From the NCBI GenBank assembly GCA_048268245.1, contig JBLWVX010000015.1, positions 1 to 59,693 of the forward strand: a stretch of 59,693 bases of DNA, written 5' to 3'. The DNA comes from Arcobacteraceae bacterium (lineage in GTDB: Bacteria > Campylobacterota > Campylobacteria > Campylobacterales > Arcobacteraceae). Position numbers and translations under genes: made by a program. A model generated the notes under the pieces. The model was not told the DNA's origin and did no database searches. It saw only the letters and a list, made by a program, of their open reading frames with translations. This document shows, piece by piece, positions 1 through 8,939 of this stretch. How positions within the stretch are numbered: position 1 is the stretch's first letter; the number at the start of each line of letters is the position of its first letter.

Positions 1-2
1 CA

Positions 3-46
3 ACTTAGTATATTTTTCAGTGAGATTATGGAAAAATATACTAAGT
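3..46. repeat. Perfect 16-bp inverted repeat, possible terminator downstream of the SelW-like gene
   Basis: ACTTAGTATATTTTTC (3-18) is the reverse complement of GAAAAATATACTAAGT (31-46); 12-nt loop. Confidence 0.6.
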
Positions 47-78
47 GATTAAAAAGTAACTGGTGGGTTTACACAGTC

Positions 79-306
79 TCAATCAATACTTTTGATGATA
101 TTTGTAACTTCAAAAATCTTTGGAAAGGTGTTTGTCTCACTTTTATCATAAATAGTTTTTTCATCTACAATAACTCTAAAGTCACCGCCATTACTTTCAA
201 CTAACTTTATATTTGCACTTGGGAAGCTTTCCCTTATTTCCTCTTCTACCCTAGAAGCTCTTGGCAAATAGTTTCAAGCTGTACAATAAAAAATCTTTAC
301 TTTCAT
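79..306 (-). CDS. SelT/SelW/SelH (Rdx) family selenoprotein, 75 aa, CxxU motif
   Basis: ATG at 306 after an AAAGGA RBS reads MKVKIFYCTA-U(TGA 276-274)-NYLPRASRVEEEI; G-F-x-V-x-VD motif downstream; hairpin CTTCTA-GGG-TAGAAG follows the UGA. Confidence 0.9.
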
Positions 307-353
307 AAATAAATCCTTTTAATACTGATACTATCGTACTAAAGTATATATTA

Positions 354-704
354 TTAAAGCTTTCTAAGAGCTTTCCATGCTCCTGCATTGTGAACATTAT
401 TAAAGCCTTTAGCCTTTAAAGAAACTTTTGCTAAAGCACTCCTACTTCCACTTGCACAACAAAGAATTATTGGTTTACTTTTATCAAACTTTTCAACTTT
501 ACCTTCTAGTTTATTTATAGGAATATTTATACTTTCATCTTTATGAGCCAAATTAAACTCATCTTCTGTTCTAACATCTATAATAACCCCACCCTCTTTA
601 AGTAAAGTTGGTACAAGTTTTAATACTTTATATTGCATATATTTTTTATAAGCAAAGTAAGCTATAAATAAAATAAGAATGTAAATCATATTTTCATTCA
701 TCAA
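354..704 (-). CDS. Rhodanese-like protein with N-terminal membrane anchor
   Basis: IIDVRT..EF...H motif and CCASGSRS active-site loop; hydrophobic N-terminus. Confidence 0.85.
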   Translation of the reverse strand: MMNENMIYILILFIAYFAYKKYMQYKVLKLVPTLLKEGGVIIDVRTEDEFNLAHKDESINIPINKLEGKVEKFDKSKPIILCCASGSRSALAKVSLKAKGFNNVHNAGAWKALRKL

Positions 705-746
705 AATCCTTTAGTATTATATATTTATTATTATACTAATAAAGGA

Positions 747-909
747 TTAACATCCACAAGAAACACTACTAGACTTTCTAGCATTTAATCTTCTGTTTAG
801 TACCCATCTCTAATCCATCAATTACTACAATATTTTGCTCTTCTTTTAATGCAACACTTAAGTCCCATGAATCTATTTCATACTTTAATTTGTCTCCATA
901 AAATTGATA
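747..909 (-). pseudogene. Internally deleted rhodanese-family remnant
   Basis: Minus strand reads FYGDKLKYEIDSWDLSVALKEEQNIVVID, then in shifted frames RDGY*TE and SSVSCGC* (stop 749-747); no start codon and no catalytic core. Confidence 0.55.
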
Positions 910-926
910 AAGAGTAAAGCTATTTA

Positions 927-1955
927 CTAAATCCAACAAACCTTAGCAGTATCAATATTTACATTTATTTTATCCCCCGGAAGGAAAGTTTGTTCTTGCA
1001 TTAGTTTTCTAGTAATTTTACAATTAAAACTAATCCCTGAAATATTAAACTCTATTAATAAATCTTCTATACTGTTAAGTTGTTGTATAGAACTTACTTC
1101 AGCAATTAATGTATTTTCATCTTTCATATCTTTACAATCAACTCTACATATATTTATTGCTTCACAATTTATCATGGCAACAGAATCTCTTTTTTTACTT
1201 ACGCTGTTTTTTATTTCCAATCTTTGTCCATCTATAAACTGTTTTACTAAGTTACCTTCATCATTTTTTTGCCAAGGTGAAAAAAGAAGATTAACTCCTC
1301 CTGCTTCAACTAAACTTCCATTAAATAAAGCAACTTTTCTATCACAAATGTGATTAAGCCAGTTATGGTCATGACTTGAGATTAAAATTGTAGTATTATA
1401 TTCTTGTTTAGCAGTTAATATAGCCTCTTTTATTAATTGAGCTGAGTTTGTATCAACTCCTGTAGTTGGCTCATCAAGTATCAAAACTTTTGGTTTTAGT
1501 ATAAGTCGTGCAGCAAGAGCCACTCTTTGAGATTCCCCACCTGAAAGTTGACTCCATTTTCTTTTTGAAAATGAACTATCAAGTCCTACTAAGCTCAAAG
1601 CTTCTAAAACCTTTTCTTCTAAATTATTTGTTCTTTTTCTAAGTTTTAAACCATAAGCTATATTTTCATAAACTGTTCTTTTTAAAAGATATGGATTTTG
1701 AGGTACCATTACTACACTTTGTCTTGTTTCAAAATCAAGTTTTGTATTACATAGTCCATTAAAAGAAACATTTCCTAATGTTGGTTTATCGATAAAAGAT
1801 AAAAGTGAAAAAAGTGTTGATTTTCCACTTCCATTTGGACCAAAAAATCCTATTATTTGATTCTCTTCTAATATAAGATTATCAATTGATAAAACTCTTC
1901 TTCCATCATAGTATTGTTCAACATTATTTAACTTATATAAACTCATTGTGTCCAT
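927..1955 (-). CDS. tupC: Tungstate ABC transporter ATP-binding protein (start may be 1946)
   Basis: Walker A GPNGSGKS, LSGGE signature, ILDEPT; follows tupB and tupA. Confidence 0.88.
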   Translation of the reverse strand: MDTMSLYKLNNVEQYYDGRRVLSIDNLILEENQIIGFFGPNGSGKSTLFSLLSFIDKPTLGNVSFNGLCNTKLDFETRQSVVMVPQNPYLLKRTVYENIAYGLKLRKRTNNLEEKVLEALSLVGLDSSFSKRKWSQLSGGESQRVALAARLILKPKVLILDEPTTGVDTNSAQLIKEAILTAKQEYNTTILISSHDHNWLNHICDRKVALFNGSLVEAGGVNLLFSPWQKNDEGNLVKQFIDGQRLEIKNSVSKKRDSVAMINCEAINICRVDCKDMKDENTLIAEVSSIQQLNSIEDLLIEFNISGISFNCKITRKLMQEQTFLPGDKINVNIDTAKVCWI

Positions 1956-2638
1956 TTCCTTTTCAGCATTGATAATGCAATATTCACCATAAGTGCAACA
2001 GCAAAAAGCACAAGTCCTAATGCAATTCCAGTTACAAACTCACCTTTCCCAGTTTCAAGTGCAATTGCAGTTGTAACTGTTCTAGTGTGATACTTGATAT
2101 TTCCTCCAACCATCATAGAAATACCAATTTCTGTTACAATTCTTCCGTATGCAGTAACAGCTGCTGTCATAATTCCAAATCTTGCTTCTACCAAAGTTGC
2201 ATTTAATATCTGAAAAGATTTTGCACCTAATCCTTTCAAAGAGGTGTAAAGTCTTTTATCAACTGCTTCGACTTGTGTGGCTGTTAAAGCAATAATAATA
2301 GGCAAACCTAAAACTATTTGACCTATAATTATAGCTTTTTGAGAAAAAAGTAAATCATACTCACCAAATAGCCCAACACGAGATAACATTGTATAAGCCA
2401 CTAAACCAATAACAACTGTTGGTAGAGCAAGTAATGTATCAACTATAGTTCTAACCACTGGTTTGCCGGGGAAGTTATAATATCCCAATGCAAACCCTAA
2501 AGGAAGACCTATTAGTAGACTTATTAGTAAAGACCAAGAAGATACAGTAACTGTCGTAATAATCGCAGAATAAACACTCTCATTCCCAGATACAAGTAAT
2601 TCTATAGCCTCATTAAAGCCATCAGTAAAAAGATTCAT
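1943..2638 (-). CDS. tupB: Tungstate ABC transporter permease
   Basis: LALPTVVIGL and EIGISMMVGGNIKYHTRTVTTAIALET motifs; hydrophobic. Confidence 0.9.
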   Translation of the reverse strand: MNLFTDGFNEAIELLVSGNESVYSAIITTVTVSSWSLLISLLIGLPLGFALGYYNFPGKPVVRTIVDTLLALPTVVIGLVAYTMLSRVGLFGEYDLLFSQKAIIIGQIVLGLPIIIALTATQVEAVDKRLYTSLKGLGAKSFQILNATLVEARFGIMTAAVTAYGRIVTEIGISMMVGGNIKYHTRTVTTAIALETGKGEFVTGIALGLVLFAVALMVNIALSMLKRKWTQ

Positions 2639-2667
2639 CCAGTTCTAACCCTAAGTTTAATTTTTAT

Positions 2668-3483
2668 TTATTTACCAGCATTAGGAATAAATAAAGCTTT
2701 TCCTAATAATCTAAAGTCAGCAATTGTTTGTTGAGTTTCAGGTTTAACAATCCAGTTTGTAAACTGTTCTGCTAATTCTGGCTTAACGTTCGAACATTTT
2801 TCTTTATTTATTGATACAACAGAGTATTGGTTAAATAATGTTTTATCACCTTCAACTACAATTTTCATTGTATTTTTATCACCTTTTTGTGATTGATATT
2901 TAATCCAAGTTCCTCTATCAGTCATAGTATATCCACCCTTTTCAGCAGCCATATTAATAGTTCTTAACATACCTTGACCAGTTTGAACATACCAAGATGC
3001 CCTTTCAGGAGCTTTAGTTAAAGCTTCTTTCCAAAGTTTGATCTCTTTTTTATTTGTACCAGAGTTGTCACCTCTTGAGAAGAATTTAGCTTCTTTATCA
3101 TTGATTTTTTTAAGTGCTGCTGCTGTTGCCATACCTGTTACCATTGCAGGGTCTGCTTTTGGTCCAATAACAACAAAGTCGTTATACATAACTTGAGTTC
3201 TATTTACACCATATCCTGTTTCAACAAATTTCTTTTCAGCACCAGGTGCATGAACAAATAGAATATCTACATCACAATTTCCACCCATTTTTAAAGCTTT
3301 TCCAGTTCCTGTTGCAACCCATTTTAAAGTTATACCTGTTTCTTTTTCAAATTTTGGTGCTAAATAGTCTAATAATCCAGTATTATCTGTACTTGTAGTT
3401 GTAGCCATCATTAAATCTTTAGCGTTTAATCCAGATACTAGTACTGCACTTAATCCTAATGTTAATAAAGTTTTTTTCATCAT
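2668..3483 (-). CDS. tupA: Tungstate-binding periplasmic protein
   Basis: Signal peptide, TTTS motif (MATTTSTDNTGLL), SRGDNSGT. Confidence 0.92.
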   Translation of the reverse strand: MMKKTLLTLGLSAVLVSGLNAKDLMMATTTSTDNTGLLDYLAPKFEKETGITLKWVATGTGKALKMGGNCDVDILFVHAPGAEKKFVETGYGVNRTQVMYNDFVVIGPKADPAMVTGMATAAALKKINDKEAKFFSRGDNSGTNKKEIKLWKEALTKAPERASWYVQTGQGMLRTINMAAEKGGYTMTDRGTWIKYQSQKGDKNTMKIVVEGDKTLFNQYSVVSINKEKCSNVKPELAEQFTNWIVKPETQQTIADFRLLGKALFIPNAGK

Positions 3484-3506
3484 TTTTTGCTTCCTTTTTG
3501 TTTTAA

Positions 3507-4754
3507 CTAATTAAATATATTTGTTTGATTTTTTACTAATTTGTTATTAAATTTAATAACATAAACCTCGTGACCTACATCTATACCTGATATCTCTTCC
3601 CTAGTCACAAGTATAGAATTACTCTCATACAGTGCAGTTATCATTCCTGAACCATATTTATTATTTCTTGTTACCTTAAAACCTCCATTTTCACAAGTTC
3701 CAAGTACTACATTTACTCTTCCTTGTTTTGTTTTGAAATCTTGATGATTCATAGCAAAATTCACATCATGATAAAAACTACTACTTCCTTGTAATTTATG
3801 TAAAACAGGTACTGCAAATAAGTGCATATTTACCATAGCAGTAAGTGGGTTACCTGGTAAACACATTACAACAGTATTTTCCATTTTTCCCATCATAATT
3901 GGTCTTCCTGGTTTTACATTTACTCCATGAAATGCCGTTTGTAAACCATTATCTAAAAAAGCTTGCCCTACAAAATCAGCATCACCCATTGAAATTCCAC
4001 CAGTTGTAATAATTACATCATAGTTTTTCATATTTGAAATAAACTCTTTTGAAGCATCTAAACTATCAGGTATTACTCCACTGTAAGTTGCATCAAACCC
4101 ATTCTCTGTTAATAGTGATACTAAAGCATAAGAGTTACAGTTATAAATCTCTTCTTCATCACTACTTTCCCATGGCTCTTTTAATTCATTTCCAGTTGAT
4201 ACAACAGCAATTGAGATTTTTTTGAAAACCTTAATCATTGTAAGACCTTGTGATGCTAAAAGTGTCACATGAGAAGAAGTGATAATCTCACCTTTTTCAA
4301 ATAATATATTTCCTTCTTTTTGCTCCTCACCTTTTAATCTTAAGTTTGCACCCTCTTTTACATTTTCAGGAATTCTAACCGTTTTATCTGTTACATCAAA
4401 ACAGTTCTCAATTGGAATAATTGTATCAACATCACTTGGAACCTTGGCTCCTGTCATAATCTTGTAACATTCATTATCCCAAAGTGACTCTTTTACAGCT
4501 TCACCTTTGTCTCCTGCATAAATCACTTTATTTATGTTTAGAGTTTTACCTGCATCTTTTGCTTTTATTGCAAAACCATCCATAGCAGAGTTATTAAAAG
4601 CAGGAAGATTTTTTACACAAATTACATCTTCACTAACAACTCTTCCAATTGCATTTGCTAAAGGAATAATCTCAGTAAAACTTGTAGATTTTGCTAAATC
4701 TAAACTTCTTTTTACTGCTTCTTCAAAATCTAAATATGTTAATTTATTGCTCAT
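3507..4754 (-). CDS. moeA: Molybdopterin molybdo/tungstotransferase
   Basis: SAMDGFA, IMTGA, STGNEL, TGGISMGDADFV, KPGRP and LPGNP motifs. Confidence 0.93.
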   Translation of the reverse strand: MSNKLTYLDFEEAVKRSLDLAKSTSFTEIIPLANAIGRVVSEDVICVKNLPAFNNSAMDGFAIKAKDAGKTLNINKVIYAGDKGEAVKESLWDNECYKIMTGAKVPSDVDTIIPIENCFDVTDKTVRIPENVKEGANLRLKGEEQKEGNILFEKGEIITSSHVTLLASQGLTMIKVFKKISIAVVSTGNELKEPWESSDEEEIYNCNSYALVSLLTENGFDATYSGVIPDSLDASKEFISNMKNYDVIITTGGISMGDADFVGQAFLDNGLQTAFHGVNVKPGRPIMMGKMENTVVMCLPGNPLTAMVNMHLFAVPVLHKLQGSSSFYHDVNFAMNHQDFKTKQGRVNVVLGTCENGGFKVTRNNKYGSGMITALYESNSILVTREEISGIDVGHEVYVIKFNNKLVKNQTNIFN

Positions 4755-5742
4755 TTAAAACCTTTATTTGTCTATATTTTTTAGCAATTATTTTTGCTAC
4801 TTTTTCAATAATATTTGCATCTAACTTTTCACAAAAAGTAAGAGATATTGCATTTCTACTTGTAGTCTCATCATATCCCATAGATTGGATAATTCTTGAA
4901 GGTTTAGATAAACCTAAGCTACATCCTTCACCATTTGTAATATGTATTTCATCTAAACTAAGAGTTCTTATAAGTTCTCTTGCTTTTATATCTTTTAATG
5001 CAAAATGAAGTGAATAATCCAATGTATCATTAGAGTCAACAAAATAGTATAAGTTATCACCAAGTGCAAGTTCAAGTTGATTTTTAAAACTCTGTTTTAT
5101 TGAACTTTCAAAACTTTGAGTTTTTAAAGCTTCAAATATTGTATTTACAGCAATACTATCTATAAAACCAAAAGGCTTTTCCTCAAATAGTTCCCCATCA
5201 AAAAGTAAAACACCAGATGTTGTAAATCCAGTTAATTTGTAAGCATCAAAATATACAGCATCACTATATTTGCTAAAATTTGCACTTGCATTTGATATAA
5301 TTTTCGCACTTGTAATTTTTTTTATTTCTTCTACATTTGTTTTTACAAAAGTGTCCATTACATAAGATGAAAGAAATAAAAAGTCGATATTTTCACTTTC
5401 TATTTTTTGAGTATCTACTTTTCCATTTTTTAATAACTCAAGCCATAAAAGCTCAAAACCTAAAGACTCAAATGTCTTTGCTGCTTCATAAACACTGTGA
5501 GTTTCACCTTTACAAACTGATATCTTTCCTTTTTTTGAAAGTTCTAAAAACAATCCTAGGAAACCATCTTTATCAAAACTAAAAGTTGTTAAATTAGTTT
5601 TAGAATATTTAGATACAAACTCTTTTTTTAAATCTAAATAGCTTTCATTATTACTTAATATATTTAATGACAATTCATTGTTTATATGCAAGTTTTGCAT
5701 ATTTTTATACTGCAAAGAGTTAAGCTTTATCACAACACTCAC
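4744..5742 (-). CDS. Divergent class V aminotransferase / cysteine desulfurase-like protein
   Basis: DAYKLTG (PLP-lysine-like), ITNGEGCSLG and AISLTF resemble the IscS/NifS C-terminal region. Confidence 0.65.
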   Translation of the reverse strand: MSVVIKLNSLQYKNMQNLHINNELSLNILSNNESYLDLKKEFVSKYSKTNLTTFSFDKDGFLGLFLELSKKGKISVCKGETHSVYEAAKTFESLGFELLWLELLKNGKVDTQKIESENIDFLFLSSYVMDTFVKTNVEEIKKITSAKIISNASANFSKYSDAVYFDAYKLTGFTTSGVLLFDGELFEEKPFGFIDSIAVNTIFEALKTQSFESSIKQSFKNQLELALGDNLYYFVDSNDTLDYSLHFALKDIKARELIRTLSLDEIHITNGEGCSLGLSKPSRIIQSMGYDETTSRNAISLTFCEKLDANIIEKVAKIIAKKYRQIKVLNEQ

Positions 5743-6103
5743 CTTTTACTTTTATAATCTCTTTATTATCTTTCAAAAACAGCTCATCAAATCTTTTTTT
5801 TGCATACTCTTTTATATCTTGAGATAAGACTTCATAAGTATCTATTATTTCCCTTGCTTTAGGAGTAAGTGAACTTCCACTATCTTCACCTCTTCCTTTT
5901 TTTGTATGAACTAAATCATCTTCTATATGCTCTTCTAGAATCTTTATATGTGTCCAAGCTTTTTTATAATTCATACCTACAATTTTAGCTGCTTTAGAAA
6001 TAGAACCCGTTTGATCTATATATTTTAAAACTTCTGTTTTGCCACCACCAAAAACCAAGTTGTTTTCATCGTCATCAATCCATACTTTAACTTTTACTTC
6101 CAT
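5720..6103 (-). CDS. ModE-like winged-HTH regulator (N-terminal domain only)
   Basis: GSISKAAKIVGMNYKKAW and GSSLTPKA; no molybdate-binding TOBE domains. Confidence 0.85.
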   Translation of the reverse strand: MEVKVKVWIDDDENNLVFGGGKTEVLKYIDQTGSISKAAKIVGMNYKKAWTHIKILEEHIEDDLVHTKKGRGEDSGSSLTPKAREIIDTYEVLSQDIKEYAKKRFDELFLKDNKEIIKVKGECCDKA

Positions 6104-6446
6104 GGTTTCCTCTTCTTTCTCTAAATATACCTAGCTGACAATGTGTCACTTGAATATCTGAATTTTTAACAGTTGAACCTACCGTATTAAGTGTTGACTT
6201 TTGTGCTTCATCCCATAAAACTTTACACTCTAATCTTTTATGCCCCATATAGTTCTCTTTTAGTCTATTGTAAACCTTTTCACTGGAATTTTCAAATCTT
6301 AGTTTTCCAAAAACACCTAACTCACAATTAGTAATCTTAATACCAAACTCACTTGTAATTTTTGCCATTTGCTTAGGATGCTTTCCATCTTCATCTAAAT
6401 TTGTAAATAGAAGCTCTTTTTGAACTTCATCTAAACTACACATCAA
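6087..6446 (-). CDS. Small hypothetical protein with two IxxxxC(E/Q)LGxF repeats
   Basis: IKITNCELGVF and IQVTHCQLGIF; overlaps both neighbours in the operon. Confidence 0.7.
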   Translation of the reverse strand: MMCSLDEVQKELLFTNLDEDGKHPKQMAKITSEFGIKITNCELGVFGKLRFENSSEKVYNRLKENYMGHKRLECKVLWDEAQKSTLNTVGSTVKNSDIQVTHCQLGIFRERRGNHGSKS

Positions 6447-7224
6447 TTCTTCCTTGATGTGTATAAAGATTCATTTTCTTACCTCTTGCAAAACCAATAA
6501 GTGTTATTCCATGTTTATGAGCTGTTTGTACTCCCAGATAAGTAGGAGCTGTTCTTGAAACAACGATAGGAATTCTATGCATTACAGCTTTTGTAACCAT
6601 TTCAGAACTTAATCTTCCAGATACAAATAAAACAGATTTAGTTGTATCTAATCCTTTTAACTTACACTTACCAATTGCTTTATCTATAGCATTGTGTCTT
6701 CCAATATCCTCAGCTGTTATTGTTGTTCCATCAAGTAAATAAATCATTGCTTTATGAACACAACCTGTTAAATTATAAAGTTCACTCTCTCTGTAAAATA
6801 TTCTAATTTCATCTGAAATTGTTTGGGGTTTTATTTTAAATGCTGTTTGATTAAAAGGAATTACAAGCTGACTACTATCAGTTCCAGTAACTCCTCCTCC
6901 ACAACCAGAAGTAAGTGTTTTTTCTTTATATAAATTTTGAAGTGACTCTTCATTGATTTTCGCTTTTACATCAACTCTTAATCCTTCTTCACTAATTTGT
7001 ATATCTTCAATATCATCAATAGAAGAAATAACATTCTCACTCATCAAGAAGCCAATGGCATGAGCATCTTGATCTTTGGGAATTGTCATCATAGATATAG
7101 TTTTTTCTCCATTTAAATATAAGTTTAATCGTGACTCGTCTATTGTCACATCTTCAATTTCAGTTGCTTCATTTTCTATAAGTTTGTCTATTACTACTGT
7201 TTTTAAATATTTAGTGTTGTCCAT
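6436..7224 (-). CDS. fdhD: Formate dehydrogenase accessory sulfurtransferase
   Basis: TSGCGGG, TGCVH, EDIGRHNAIDKAIG and SGRLSSEMV motifs. Confidence 0.95.
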   Translation of the reverse strand: MDNTKYLKTVVIDKLIENEATEIEDVTIDESRLNLYLNGEKTISMMTIPKDQDAHAIGFLMSENVISSIDDIEDIQISEEGLRVDVKAKINEESLQNLYKEKTLTSGCGGGVTGTDSSQLVIPFNQTAFKIKPQTISDEIRIFYRESELYNLTGCVHKAMIYLLDGTTITAEDIGRHNAIDKAIGKCKLKGLDTTKSVLFVSGRLSSEMVTKAVMHRIPIVVSRTAPTYLGVQTAHKHGITLIGFARGKKMNLYTHQGRIDV

Positions 7225-7238
7225 ATCTCTTCTTTCTT

Positions 7239-7300
7239 AATATGCTAATTTAGCATATTTGATAATATCAAAATTCTAATATGCTAGTTTTGCACATTAG
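7239..7300. promoter_or_regulatory. Tandem palindromic operator-like sites (AATATGC-N7-GCAYATT, two copies) upstream of the fdhD...tup operon
   Basis: AATATGCTAA-T-TTAGCATATT at 7239-7259 (perfect) and AATATGCTAGTTTTGCACATT at 7278-7298. Confidence 0.55.
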
Positions 7301-7305
7301 TAAAT

Positions 7306-7360
7306 AAATAGAAAAAGCAAATCAGTTTCCCAAAAGGGAAACATGATAGCTTTTCTATTT
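7306..7360 (-). terminator. Hairpin after fdhC, likely terminator
   Basis: GTTTCCC-AAAA-GGGAAAC core (7325-7342) extended by AAATAGAAAA/TTTTCTATTT. Confidence 0.65.
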
Positions 7361-8314
7361 TCTTAAATTCTCTTCTTCTAGAACATCAGGTCTTAACTGT
7401 TCTAGATACTCAACTGGTAATTTTCCTGTAATTACTCCAGGGATGTATCCTTTTACAGATACAAAGTATGAATATACTGTTTCAAATGTAAAGAACGAAA
7501 TAATCGCACTTCCCATAAAGTGAATAAATAGAATAAATCTTTTGAATTGAATAGTTTCTGCGTGAGTTTGATAATCTGGGAATAAATACCAAATAATAAA
7601 TCCACTAATAACTAATTTAAATCCAAAAGCAACATACATATAGTAGTTAATTCTATCCATATGCTTATATTTTCCTCTTAAGAAAATTTTATTCCAAATT
7701 TTAACACTTGGTCTTATGAAAAACTTATGATCTTTAAATGCAATGATTGTCATTAAGAACCAAACTGGAATCCAACCAACACCAACTATTTCATGTGTTG
7801 CTCTCATAAATCTTGCAATCTCTCCACCACCTGTCCAGTTTCCAAATGTAATTGAGAAACCTGTGATAAAAAGATAAATCATAATAATTATATTTAATAA
7901 AATTACAATTCTTTGAAATAAAGAGTACACTTGTACTTTGTCATCATGTCTTGTAATCTTAGCTTGCTTTCTACCTTTTGCAATAATAAACATTATTAAA
8001 AATAAGAAAAACTCCACAGTAAAAACTATTGGTAATAAATGTTGTCTTTCTTCAAATGCTCTTACTACTTCAGGAGCTATAGCATCATACTCTGGACCAA
8101 ATAGTGTAACTTCCATTTGTTCATATTTAGTTAATGACTCGTATGGAATTACTTGACCAGTAAAATTACCCTGTGCCATTTGCAACAAGAAGTTATAAAC
8201 ATAGTTTATATCTGCAATTGTTGCTAACCAAAAATACCAATAAGTAAGAACTACGAATAGTAGGCCTATAATTAAATAGGCTTTATATTCGCTAAGAAAA
8301 CTCTTATTTTCCAT
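7355..8314 (-). CDS. fdhC: Formate dehydrogenase membrane (cytochrome b) subunit, atypical
   Basis: Follows fdhB; several TM helices; YSLFQRI..ITG, RATHEIVG and FIHFMG segments; start moved to ATG 8314, which overlaps the end of fdhB. Confidence 0.8.
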   Translation of the reverse strand: MENKSFLSEYKAYLIIGLLFVVLTYWYFWLATIADINYVYNFLLQMAQGNFTGQVIPYESLTKYEQMEVTLFGPEYDAIAPEVVRAFEERQHLLPIVFTVEFFLFLIMFIIAKGRKQAKITRHDDKVQVYSLFQRIVILLNIIIMIYLFITGFSITFGNWTGGGEIARFMRATHEIVGVGWIPVWFLMTIIAFKDHKFFIRPSVKIWNKIFLRGKYKHMDRINYYMYVAFGFKLVISGFIIWYLFPDYQTHAETIQFKRFILFIHFMGSAIISFFTFETVYSYFVSVKGYIPGVITGKLPVEYLEQLRPDVLEEENLRK

Positions 8315-8930
8315 ATGCTTTGTCCCATCCGTACGGTTTAGGAGCAGATTGAACGCCATGTCCGAAAGACAGAACTCTTTCTCTATAAATATTAGAGATA
8401 GATTCAGCATCACCAACTAGTAAAGCTTTTGTTGAACACATTGCTGCACAAACTGGTACTTTACCTTCAGAGATTCTGTTTTGTCCGTATAAATGTCTTT
8501 CATGCTCTGAGTTAGTCTCATCTGGACCACCAGCACACATTGTACATTTATCCATTACTCCTTTTGTACCAAATGCACCATTTTTAGGGAACTGAGGAGC
8601 TCCAAATGGACAAGCGTATAGACAATAAGAACATCCAATACACTTATCTTTATCATGTAATACAATTCCATCCTCTCTGATATAGAAACAATCAACAGGA
8701 CATACTTGTTCACATGGTGCATCAGTACAATGCATACAAGCAACAGATAAAGAGAACTCCATCCCTTGCTTTCCTTCATTTACTGTAATTACTTTTCTTC
8801 TCGAAATTTCTACTGGTAATTCGTGAGCTTCAGCACAAGCAACAGAACAACCATCACAGTGGATACATCTGTTCTCATCGCAGTAAAATCTCATACTTGC
8901 AAAATTTACATTTAAATTATTACTACTCAT
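8304..8930 (-). CDS. fdhB: Formate dehydrogenase iron-sulfur subunit
   Basis: CIHCDGCSVAC, CMHC..APC..VCP, CIGCSYCLYACPFGAPQF and KCTMC motifs. Confidence 0.95.
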   Translation of the reverse strand: MSSNNLNVNFASMRFYCDENRCIHCDGCSVACAEAHELPVEISRRKVITVNEGKQGMEFSLSVACMHCTDAPCEQVCPVDCFYIREDGIVLHDKDKCIGCSYCLYACPFGAPQFPKNGAFGTKGVMDKCTMCAGGPDETNSEHERHLYGQNRISEGKVPVCAAMCSTKALLVGDAESISNIYRERVLSFGHGVQSAPKPYGWDKAYGK

Positions 8931-8939
8931 TTGCTTCTC

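Noticed and set aside
49..81. Second UGA readthrough at the end of the SelW-like gene (U-D-C-V...)
   Set aside because: No GGG-loop hairpin at the expected distance; the protein is already full length for the family
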